Part shown: piece by piece, positions 32,985 to 40,871 of the stretch
How positions within the stretch are numbered: the stretch's first letter is position 1
Layout: each line of letters starts with the position of its first letter
DNA from: Escherichia coli
Lineage (GTDB): Bacteria; Pseudomonadota; Gammaproteobacteria; Enterobacterales; Enterobacteriaceae
DNA length: 64,000 nucleotides
Reading direction: 5' to 3' (one strand)
Assembly: GCF_024700885.2 (NCBI RefSeq)
Contig: NZ_CP117016.1
Notes under the pieces: generated by a model
Seen by the model: only the letters and a program-made list of their open reading frames with translations
Databases searched by the model: none
Told to the model about the DNA's origin: nothing
Program-made: the position numbers and the translations under genes

Positions 32985-34646
32985 TTACACCCCGCTAAAT
33001 TCTTCCAGTTTCTGGCGGTGGCTGTCGCTTATATCAAAAGCAAAATCCTCATGCTCTGCCTGGAATGTACCAAACGCCATCAGCGCCGCCACGCTCGGGT
33101 CTATCTTGTTCGGTGATTTTTTCTTGTTCGGCTTGATATTGGCGTTCGCGTCACTCTGCATCACGACGTTACTCATCGACCAGGACAACACCGGATCGCC
33201 ACGATGCACAATCACCCTGCGGTTAACAAAAACTTCGAACGATTTCGCCGCCGGACTGAATCTGAGGTAGGTTTGCGGGAACGGCTCCACCTCAAAACCT
33301 GCCCCCTGTAATTGCGTTCTGAGATGCGTGGCGTTCCACGTATCAAAGCCCACCAGCCTGATATTAAATTTCTCCGCGTCCTGCATGATGTCATCTCTGA
33401 TCCGGTCGTAATCAATGCAGTCGCCAGGCGTTGTGCGTATCCAGCCTGCTTTAGCCCACTGACGATAGATGGCGCGGTTTTTATTGGCGGGGTTCTGTAG
33501 CTGAAATTCCGGCAGATAGTGACGGGAAACCAGCATAATGGTTTTACCGACCGGAAAGGCATAGCACACGCTGGAAATATCGCTGGTTGATGATAAGTCC
33601 AGCCCCGCGTAACACTCCTGGCCGTGTAAATCTTCCTCCGTGAACGTTCCGGCACACTCAGCCCATGCGCCGTTACCCATCCACGGGGTAGCCCCCTGGC
33701 ACCAGATATTAAATCGCTTTGTCATCATCTCCACCCACTGCGACGGAATACCCCGCGCTTTCTGGATGGTTGAGGCCAGTTTTTCACGATCGACGGAAAC
33801 ATCAATATTAGGGTTCGCCTTTATCCACATCGCCGGATCATCAACCTCGTTTTCGTCGTCCAGTTCGTAAATCAGTACAAAAATTGAATCGTTAACCTCT
33901 TCGCCGTCCAGGATCTGGCAGCAATAATCATAGTGCTGCTTACAGGCTGAAACGACGTTGCTGCCTGATGTGGTAATGGCAAATAACAGCCCTTCGGGAC
34001 GTGCGCCCATCCCCAGCTCAAGCGCGGAATAAACGCCGTTATCGGGGTGCAAGTGGTATTCGTCCACGATGGAAAGGCTGGGGTTTGTTCCCTCGATGGT
34101 TGCCGCTTTTGCTGCCAGCGGCTTTAACAGGCTGTTGCTTTTCGGGTGTATCACCTTATGCGCCTGAATATTCACCCGCCTGCGTAACGGTCGGGATAAA
34201 AGGCACATCTGACGCGCATCATCAAAGACGATCCGCGCCTGGTCACGGCTCACCGCTGCGGTGTAGATATCCTGCTGACCGTTCTCCATAATCAGAAACC
34301 AGTTAGCCAGAATCGCGGCGGTCGTGGATTTCGCATTTTTGCGCGGCACTTCGATAAAGGCGCTCGTGTATTTGCGCCGTCCGGTGGCCTTAACCTTAAA
34401 GCCGAGGATGCACGCAAAGGCGAACTGCTGCCACGGCTCCAGCTCAATGGGTCTGCCACGCATCGGTCCTTTTACGTGCGGGCACACCCTGGAAAAGGCA
34501 ATAAACCGCTCCACAACCTCACGATCGAACGTGTAAAGGGGGCTTTTAAGGTCCGAAAAGTACCGTTTAACGGCCTGTTTCAGCCGTTTACAGGCCGGAA
34601 TTTTGCCCGTTTTTACGTCTTCTGCGTACTTATTCCAGGCGGTCAA
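32985..34646 (-). CDS. terminase large subunit
   Basis: 553-aa ORF with an N-terminal ATPase-like region and a C-terminal nuclease-like acidic region typical of TerL; overlaps terS by 17 nt. Confidence 0.85.
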   Translation of the reverse strand: MTAWNKYAEDVKTGKIPACKRLKQAVKRYFSDLKSPLYTFDREVVERFIAFSRVCPHVKGPMRGRPIELEPWQQFAFACILGFKVKATGRRKYTSAFIEVPRKNAKSTTAAILANWFLIMENGQQDIYTAAVSRDQARIVFDDARQMCLLSRPLRRRVNIQAHKVIHPKSNSLLKPLAAKAATIEGTNPSLSIVDEYHLHPDNGVYSALELGMGARPEGLLFAITTSGSNVVSACKQHYDYCCQILDGEEVNDSIFVLIYELDDENEVDDPAMWIKANPNIDVSVDREKLASTIQKARGIPSQWVEMMTKRFNIWCQGATPWMGNGAWAECAGTFTEEDLHGQECYAGLDLSSTSDISSVCYAFPVGKTIMLVSRHYLPEFQLQNPANKNRAIYRQWAKAGWIRTTPGDCIDYDRIRDDIMQDAEKFNIRLVGFDTWNATHLRTQLQGAGFEVEPFPQTYLRFSPAAKSFEVFVNRRVIVHRGDPVLSWSMSNVVMQSDANANIKPNKKKSPNKIDPSVAALMAFGTFQAEHEDFAFDISDSHRQKLEEFSGV

Positions 34647-34986
34647 GCTCGTCCTCTTCTTCTGTTTCCGGTGGGTTTTTACGGCGGCTTATCGGGTCAA
34701 AACCGAGCAAGGAGGCCATTTTTATCATCACCCTTTCAGCGTCTGATTTCGCGCTTAATGCGGGGTTTCTGCTCTCGCCGCCCTGACTGTTAACAATGCT
34801 GAACCCGCGCGCCGCAAGGTCTGCGACGGCTTTCCGGTAAATGGAGTAGTTGACACAATACAGTTCCAGATTGCTCCAGTCGGCGGGGGTCAGGTCTCCC
34901 CGTTCCGCAAGCTGCCGCGATTTTTCCCGCCACTGCTTCACGGCGATGTCATCCAGGTAGGCGGGGGCTTTCGGTGGTCTTGCCAT
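34630..34986 (-). CDS. terminase small subunit (P27-family-like)
   Basis: 118-aa ORF with the W…LTxAD…YC…NPA pattern typical of P27-type TerS; directly upstream of terL. Confidence 0.65.
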   Translation of the reverse strand: MARPPKAPAYLDDIAVKQWREKSRQLAERGDLTPADWSNLELYCVNYSIYRKAVADLAARGFSIVNSQGGESRNPALSAKSDAERVMIKMASLLGFDPISRRKNPPETEEEDELDRLE

Positions 34987-35108
34987 GCTTATTTTTCGTC
35001 AGATTATTTTTCAAAAAATTCCCGTGCATAAAAATTTGAGGAGGCGTTCGGTGCCCGGCGGGGTCGGGTTTGTCCTGAAAACGCCCCCCACCCCGTCATA
35101 CAGCCTCA

Positions 35109-35291
35109 TCAGCGATTGCGGAAACATTCCATAACCTCGCGGTCACGGTCGGTTAATCGCTTCGCTGTGATGCGTTCTGCGCGTCCTGACGCTTTATCTT
35201 TATGCCCTGTTTCCTGTGTCTTCCATGCGTCACGCTGCCTTATAAGTCCACGGATAAGGCGGTTTTGTTCCCGCTCATTCATCAGCGTCAT
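35109..35291 (-). CDS. possible small ORF between HNH and terS
   Basis: ~60 codons (MTLMNEREQNRLIRGL…) within the tail of a longer track ORF; could instead be non-coding cos-region DNA. Confidence 0.25.
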   Translation of the reverse strand: MTLMNEREQNRLIRGLIRQRDAWKTQETGHKDKASGRAERITAKRLTDRDREVMECFRNR

Positions 35292-35715
35292 ACATCCAGT
35301 TATTGCGGTTAGCGGCCCGTTCTTCCTCTTCACGAAATCCACCTGCGGCACGCTTGCTTTTTGTTGCCGGATCAAGCCATTTCGTTTTCTGGTTATGACA
35401 CGCCTGGCACAATGGTTGATGGTTCCATTCGGGCCAGAAGAGAACATCATCACCGCCATTAATCGGGATAATGTGATCCACCACCACGGCGGGCGTATAT
35501 ATCCCCTTCTCAAGGCATCGCACGCATAACGGGTTTTTACTCAGATACATGGCGCGGTATTTGTCCCACTGTCTGGAATATCCACGCGCGCGGCGGTGTC
35601 CTCGTCTGGCATCCTCTGCACGCCATGCCGCCCGCCTGTGCTCCTCACACTTGCCGGATTTAACGCGCCTGTTACAGCCTGGTTCTGTGCATCGTCTTAA
35701 TGGTTGCCACGGCAT
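35275..35715 (-). CDS. HNH endonuclease (terminase-associated)
   Basis: CxxC…HxxP…N…H…CxxCH arrangement in a 146-aa ORF next to terS. Confidence 0.8.
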   Translation of the reverse strand: MPWQPLRRCTEPGCNRRVKSGKCEEHRRAAWRAEDARRGHRRARGYSRQWDKYRAMYLSKNPLCVRCLEKGIYTPAVVVDHIIPINGGDDVLFWPEWNHQPLCQACHNQKTKWLDPATKSKRAAGGFREEEERAANRNNWMYDADE

Positions 35716-36011
35716 CAGTACACCCCCACATCACGGTAAGCCGTCCAGAGTGCGCCTATCGTCATGGGTACGCGTGTTTTTGCGTTATCCGCGACAATCT
35801 GGCGATTTTCATACAGGTGAGCGATAAACATCATGCAGCCAATCTTTATGGCTGGCGTGAACTCCAGCCCGTCATCAAAGCGCCTGCCTATGTGTATCTG
35901 GCACGCCTCAAGCGATGCGGCAATGTATCCGCTGATTAACTGGTCTTCATCGTCGCCATCGATGCGGCAATGGAGTTTCACTTCTTCCAGGGTGATAAGT
36001 TCTTCTGTCAT
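35715..36011 (-). CDS. gp6-like head-tail connector / head completion protein
   Basis: 98-aa ORF with N-terminus …TLEEVKLHCRIDGDDEDQLI… characteristic of this family. Confidence 0.6.
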   Translation of the reverse strand: MTEELITLEEVKLHCRIDGDDEDQLISGYIAASLEACQIHIGRRFDDGLEFTPAIKIGCMMFIAHLYENRQIVADNAKTRVPMTIGALWTAYRDVGVY

Positions 36012-36346
36012 TTTTCCGCGCCCTCACGACAAAGAATTTCAAGGCGTGTCCTGGCGGCATCCGGCAGCGGCTGCCCGATGATATTCAGTACACGCCCCGC
36101 CAGCGGCCCCGTACTGACCTTTATCCGGCTGGTGGCGTTGATGTCCTTCCGGTACCGTATCCAGATCCTTACGGTACCAATCGCCAGCTCTGCGCCCGAT
36201 GAAATGGCCTCCTTGCTGCTGACCATGTTCACGCTTGCCCAGAGTGTGTGACCGTCCTCCCACGTTTCGAGTATTTCGCCGGTTATATCCCTGGTCTGTT
36301 TCAGGGTCTGAATCGTTATCCTGTCACGCAGTCGCCCTATGTTCAT
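36008..36346 (-). CDS. head closure / head-tail adaptor protein
   Basis: ~112 aa from the internal Met of the track ORF; position between portal and gp6-like gene. Confidence 0.5.
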   Translation of the reverse strand: MNIGRLRDRITIQTLKQTRDITGEILETWEDGHTLWASVNMVSSKEAISSGAELAIGTVRIWIRYRKDINATSRIKVSTGPLAGRVLNIIGQPLPDAARTRLEILCREGAEK

Positions 36347-37554
36347 TCCGGTTTTTCTCCCTCGCTGATTTTTACTTCCTGTTTCCATGCCTGGCTGAAC
36401 TCATCACCACCATCACGCGGTGACAGACCTTCACGTTCGCGGGCTTCGTTCGGACACATAACGCCGGATTTGATGCCGCGCTCATAGGTGGCAAAGCGTT
36501 CGCCAGGTGTGGCCCGTAACAGGTCCGCGCTGTCAAACTCCACCTGATACCGGATACCAGGTACAGGCGAGGCCACCAGCAGGGCGTTTTTTATCTGCTG
36601 CTCAAAGTTCGCCAGCCACGGGCGCATCGTCATGGTGAGAAATGCGCGGCTTGCCTCGCTGAAATTGCTGTAGGTGCTGTTGCTGTATTCCTGCAAAAAA
36701 ATCGGCGAGACGTTGAACATTCGGGCGATGTCTTCAATGGTGAAGCGACGGGAGGCCAGCCATTCAGCATCCTGATTACTCATGCCCAGCTGCTGATAGC
36801 TCATACCCCCTTCAAGGATGGGCGTTTTTCCGGCGTTTCTGGCCCCTTTGTAGCGTTCCAGTGCGGCTAATGCCTGTTTGCCCTTCACGCCGTCCAGCCA
36901 TTCGCCTGACGTGATAACCCCTGCCGCCATCATGCCATCACGCATCACGCTCGCGCCGTGGCGTTGTTGGGCCAGCCCAAGCCCCAGCGATTCGCGGCAG
37001 ATGGTTACAGGTGAGCACCCCATAAAGCCGTCATCCGTGGAGTAACGAAGGTGAAGTACTTCCCACGGTAAATAGTTGCGGGTGTTTCCGGTGTAGGCGT
37101 CAGTGATGCAGTAGCGCCAGTTGTGTTCGCCTGTCTGCTCCACGTTCACCGACTGCGGCGGGTAAGGATGTAAAGCCGCCGGAAAACCATCACGCCCCCA
37201 CTGAATCACCGCATAAGCATTACCGTTTAACAGGCAGTGGCGGATCATCATTCGCTTAAACTGGTAGGGGGTTTGCCATGCGTTCGGGCGCTCGTTGAGG
37301 ATGTGATCGACCGGATGAGAATCAAGCCACTCGCGGGCCTCCTTCCCCTTCTCATTGCGTACCAGGTACAGGTAACACGGCATGGTAGCCACCGCCTCAG
37401 AGATGACCGTCACGGCGTTCATGACGGCGGGCAGTGATTCCGCTGTCCCCGATGATACGTACTCACCCGCCCCCGTGTTCGATGTGCCAGCCAGCGCCAT
37501 AAATTCATCCAGCGTCATGCTGCGCTGCTCTTTTTTTCTTCTGAAAGGCCACAT
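36343..37554 (-). CDS. portal protein (HK97 family)
   Basis: 403-aa ORF; size and position next to the prohead protease. Confidence 0.85.
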   Translation of the reverse strand: MWPFRRKKEQRSMTLDEFMALAGTSNTGAGEYVSSGTAESLPAVMNAVTVISEAVATMPCYLYLVRNEKGKEAREWLDSHPVDHILNERPNAWQTPYQFKRMMIRHCLLNGNAYAVIQWGRDGFPAALHPYPPQSVNVEQTGEHNWRYCITDAYTGNTRNYLPWEVLHLRYSTDDGFMGCSPVTICRESLGLGLAQQRHGASVMRDGMMAAGVITSGEWLDGVKGKQALAALERYKGARNAGKTPILEGGMSYQQLGMSNQDAEWLASRRFTIEDIARMFNVSPIFLQEYSNSTYSNFSEASRAFLTMTMRPWLANFEQQIKNALLVASPVPGIRYQVEFDSADLLRATPGERFATYERGIKSGVMCPNEAREREGLSPRDGGDEFSQAWKQEVKISEGEKPE

Positions 37555-37555
37555 A

Positions 37556-38128
37556 TCACACCCCCGCTAAATCCACCCACCAGCGGCGATTATCCGCACG
37601 CGGCATTTTTTCGGGGTGCTGCTCATACAGGGAACGGCGGGCCAGCTCCACGCCGGAATCGGGGTAAGCCGGTACCGATGTAACGGTAATTTCGTACAGT
37701 TCCGCCACCAGCACGGTGCGCACGCATGGATCTGTTGTGGTATCCCATACATCCTTACGGGAGCGAAAGCCAAAGCTCATCCCCGAGATGTCCCCACGCT
37801 TAACCAGTTCGATAACGTCGCGCCCTGTACTGGTATCCGGTGGGGTCAGTTCAAAGCGTAACCCTGTTTCGTCCTCTTCCAGTTTCAGCGTGCCGGAACG
37901 GGTGCGCCCCAGTAACATGCTGTGGTCATGCTCATACAGGCCGCGAACGTCATTACCCGCCGCAAGCCACTCAGTAAACGCCCCCCGCTGGAATTTTTCG
38001 TAAAACTCCCCCCATAGCAGTTCTGAAAGCTTATCCCAGCGAACAACGTAGCCCGTCAGCGTACCGGCTCCGCTGGTAGTGATTTCCGATGACCGGATTT
38101 CCATACTCTTCATAATTTTTTCACCCAT
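37556..38128 (-). CDS. prohead maturation protease (HK97 family)
   Basis: 190-aa ORF with the GMSFGF region characteristic of HK97 prohead proteases. Confidence 0.85.
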   Translation of the reverse strand: MGEKIMKSMEIRSSEITTSGAGTLTGYVVRWDKLSELLWGEFYEKFQRGAFTEWLAAGNDVRGLYEHDHSMLLGRTRSGTLKLEEDETGLRFELTPPDTSTGRDVIELVKRGDISGMSFGFRSRKDVWDTTTDPCVRTVLVAELYEITVTSVPAYPDSGVELARRSLYEQHPEKMPRADNRRWWVDLAGV

Positions 38129-38167
38129 AAAACACTAAAGGGGCTTTTAAGCCCCTTCTGTATGCTG

Positions 38168-39325
38168 TTAATCGTCGTCCTGTGGCAGTTCCAGAATCTT
38201 GATCGCGTTCGAATCCACCACGCCACCGCCTAAATATTTCTGCGTGAAAATTTTGATGAAGCCCGGCTCTGTGAGGTTGTCCGGTCTGGTGCGAACACCT
38301 GTTTCGTGATCAACAATGTAGTAACCGCGTTTGAAGTCACCCAGGGCAATAACGTTATCCGGCATAAACTCCAGATATTCGACCGGAAGGCCCAGTAACG
38401 TATCAGGATCACCCGCCTGTAAACGGTCGCGCCAGATGTAATCACCGTTCGCGTTCTTCACCTTCTGAAGTTTTGCCGCCGTCGTGGAGTTAACCACCCA
38501 GACCGCGTTTTTGCGGTATTTTTTACGTAATGCAAATTTCAGGTCGATCAGCGGGTCCGCAGATGTCCACGCCAGAGATTCGGAAGGTTTAATTACCTGC
38601 AACGTACCAAAATCACGCTCTTTGTCGTTCTTCTCTGCACGGGGTACGGATAAAAAGCCTTTTGCTTTTTTGTCACCGTCGCCCACAACCAGATCGCTTT
38701 CTTCGGTTTCCGTGAAGTTGTCGCCAATCTCGCCCGTCAGCCATGAAAGGATGTCCACATCGGAAAAATCCACGATTTCCTGCGTGGTGCGCGGGTACGC
38801 ATAGACCGGATACAGCTTAATGCTCACCTCGTTAATCTGCGGGGTGCTGGTCTGTTCGCGTGCCTTACCCTCTTCACCGTGGTTAACGGTCGCACCGCCA
38901 GCGGAAACAAGCTGCTTAAACTCGTTGCTGCTGATTTTCTTCACGGTACAGATGCGGCGCATGGTGGATTCATCCGTCAGCATTCGCATGATTTCGGTGT
39001 TCAGTTCGGGGATAACGGTATAACCACCATCAGCGGGAACGCCTGTACTTAATGCGCGGGTTTCACCTGTCAGAATGTAGTGACGTAGTTCGGCTGGGTC
39101 AGTGGTCTGACTGCTTTTACCTGGCTTGCTGCGCTCTTCGTCTGCAATGGCTTCAAGGCGGGAAATGTCTTTATCGAGGGATTCAGCTTTAGCGCGTAAT
39201 TCGTCAAATTTTGCGCCCTCAGCATCGTTAAGACTGCGGTTTTCTTTTTCCGCGTTCTCCAGCATGTCGCGCATCTGATTTTTAATGGCGGTTTTCTGCT
39301 GGCGTAATTCGATTATTCTCGGCAT
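38168..39325 (-). CDS. major capsid protein (HK97 fold) with N-terminal delta domain
   Basis: 385-aa ORF; N-terminal ~100 aa charged and coiled-coil-like, then a capsid-like region. Confidence 0.85.
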   Translation of the reverse strand: MPRIIELRQQKTAIKNQMRDMLENAEKENRSLNDAEGAKFDELRAKAESLDKDISRLEAIADEERSKPGKSSQTTDPAELRHYILTGETRALSTGVPADGGYTVIPELNTEIMRMLTDESTMRRICTVKKISSNEFKQLVSAGGATVNHGEEGKAREQTSTPQINEVSIKLYPVYAYPRTTQEIVDFSDVDILSWLTGEIGDNFTETEESDLVVGDGDKKAKGFLSVPRAEKNDKERDFGTLQVIKPSESLAWTSADPLIDLKFALRKKYRKNAVWVVNSTTAAKLQKVKNANGDYIWRDRLQAGDPDTLLGLPVEYLEFMPDNVIALGDFKRGYYIVDHETGVRTRPDNLTEPGFIKIFTQKYLGGGVVDSNAIKILELPQDDD

Positions 39326-39362
39326 AAAAAAAGTCCTGGGGTTAAGTAAGGAACTCCAGGAC
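39326..39362 (-). terminator. terminator-like hairpin + U7 immediately 5' of the capsid start codon
   Basis: Minus strand reads gtcctggag…ccaggac then ttttttt then ATG; the AGGA Shine-Dalgarno lies inside the 3' stem arm. Confidence 0.5.
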
Positions 39363-39582
39363 GCGGCAAAAACTCAACCGTTTTTCATAAGGAAATCAGC
39401 AATCGCACCGATCGTTTTCCCGCCTGGTAATGAATATTGGCGAGAACATTAACAGGCGGAAAAGTGGCCCCAGCGTCCTGGCACCACGGGCGAGAATAAT
39501 CATGATTCAGTTCGGGTAAAATATGCCGATCCGCTCAGTGAACAACGTGGAACAACCACGAACAAATAATTTACAAAACATG

Positions 39583-39605
39583 ACAAAAAGCCGGATTGCT
39601 CCGGC
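39583..39605 (-). terminator. intrinsic terminator after the replication-module genes
   Basis: Hairpin gccggagcaatccggc followed by a T-run on the minus strand, just below the 93-aa ORF stop. Confidence 0.55.
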
Positions 39606-39612
39606 TGTGTGA

Positions 39613-39894
39613 TTATCTGTCCTGGTAATTTCGCCATATTTCATTACCAGCACCATCCATACCCATTTCGGCATAAGTGCGATCGACCGCCTTTTTCAGG
39701 TCTCCGTAGTTATCCGGCGGCTCCGGTGGCCTCTGTGCCTTCCTGGAACATTCCAGCCGTCGCATCGTGATGTGATGCCGTTCCTTGTCTGTCTCCACCA
39801 GTTGCATGACTTCACCCCATCGCGCCGACGCTCTCCGGTAAAAGCCTTTCGCCTCCAGTTCTTCCGCTATGCGGTCATGTACCATCGTCCCCAC
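39613..39894 (-). CDS. hypothetical protein
   Basis: 93-aa ORF, operonic with ssb. Confidence 0.5.
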   Translation of the reverse strand: MGTMVHDRIAEELEAKGFYRRASARWGEVMQLVETDKERHHITMRRLECSRKAQRPPEPPDNYGDLKKAVDRTYAEMGMDGAGNEIWRNYQDR

Positions 39895-39897
39895 CCC

Positions 39898-40308
39898 TCA
39901 GAACGGAATATCATCACCGTAAGGGTCATCGCCTCCCGCTGGTGGCTGATTACCCTGTGTGCCTGTGGTCTTGCGTCGGCTCCCACCAGGACGTGCCGCA
40001 CGGGCACTGATTACGCTGTCTGCAATAACCTGATAACCCTGCCGCGTTTCCCCGTTCTGTCCGGTCCACTGGCTGACCTGCATCGTGCCGGATACGCTGG
40101 CAACGTCGCCTTTTTGATGTTTAGCCAGGAAGTCGGCCTGCTTACCAAATGCGATGACCGATAGCCATAACGTCGCCTGTCCATCCTGTGCCTGGCTGCA
40201 TGGCAGCGATACCGCCATACGCGCCAGCGTCATCGGTGTACCCTTGCTGGTCTGTTTTACCTGCGGGTCGTCCACCAGCCGCCCGTAAGCTGCTATCTGT
40301 GCTGTCAT
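39898..40308 (-). CDS. ssb: single-stranded DNA-binding protein
   Basis: 136 aa ending in the acidic DDIPF tail; Gly/Pro-rich linker. Confidence 0.85.
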   Translation of the reverse strand: MTAQIAAYGRLVDDPQVKQTSKGTPMTLARMAVSLPCSQAQDGQATLWLSVIAFGKQADFLAKHQKGDVASVSGTMQVSQWTGQNGETRQGYQVIADSVISARAARPGGSRRKTTGTQGNQPPAGGDDPYGDDIPF

Positions 40309-40583
40309 GATTCCACCTCTCCGGTTTTAACGTTGATGGTTGTTACCTGTTCCGCTTCGGCAATCTCCCGCTCTGTCAGCGTGGCAAAATTTGCCGCCGT
40401 CGTGGTCATGAATGCGCTTATCAGTTTGGGATGTGCTTTCGCGTATCCTTCCCCCGCGTGGCGGTCTATCGTTCTGATTGCCACCTTTAAAGCGTGCTCT
40501 GTCATGTCTAACGCGCGATATTTCGGTTCTGTTCTGTCTCTGCGTTTTTTGAGTGATTTATTAAATTTCCCTGAAGTGTGCAT
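40305..40583 (-). CDS. hypothetical protein
   Basis: 92-aa ORF overlapping the ssb start by 4 nt. Confidence 0.5.
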   Translation of the reverse strand: MHTSGKFNKSLKKRRDRTEPKYRALDMTEHALKVAIRTIDRHAGEGYAKAHPKLISAFMTTTAANFATLTEREIAEAEQVTTINVKTGEVES

Positions 40584-40599
40584 ATTTATTTTTACCCCC

Positions 40600-40865
40600 T
40601 CGTTTAAAAAGTTTTGAGTTGTGCCTCCCCTTGTCTACCTTATCTACCTTAGTGGCCCTCATACCAGTAATGGCGCGGCTTTCAGCGGGGTAGAGTGCTT
40701 TTATCCACTATCTACCCCGTGTCTACCTCCCTGTCTGATTCAGGTAAAATCAGGTAGAGAGGGTAGATAGTGGGTAGACAGTAAAAAAAGGTTATCTACC
40801 TAACTTAATGCACTGAATTAAATGTATTTTTCTTTACTCAGGTAGACAGGGTAGACAGCAATTAC
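40600..40865. repeat. iteron-rich candidate replication origin
   Basis: At least 12 copies of a 7-9-bp unit (ggtagaca / tctacc) in both orientations, immediately 3' of the primase gene. Confidence 0.7.
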
Positions 40866-40871
40866 AAAAAA

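Noticed and set aside
36008-36388. Apparent frameshift in the head-closure gene
   Set aside because: My manual reading of a C-run near 36357-36361 gave one extra base, but the ORF track shows an uninterrupted frame; I attribute this to my own homopolymer reading.
40600-40865. Possible CRISPR array
   Set aside because: The repeats are 7-9 bp, irregularly spaced and in both orientations, with no cas genes; this is an iteron origin.
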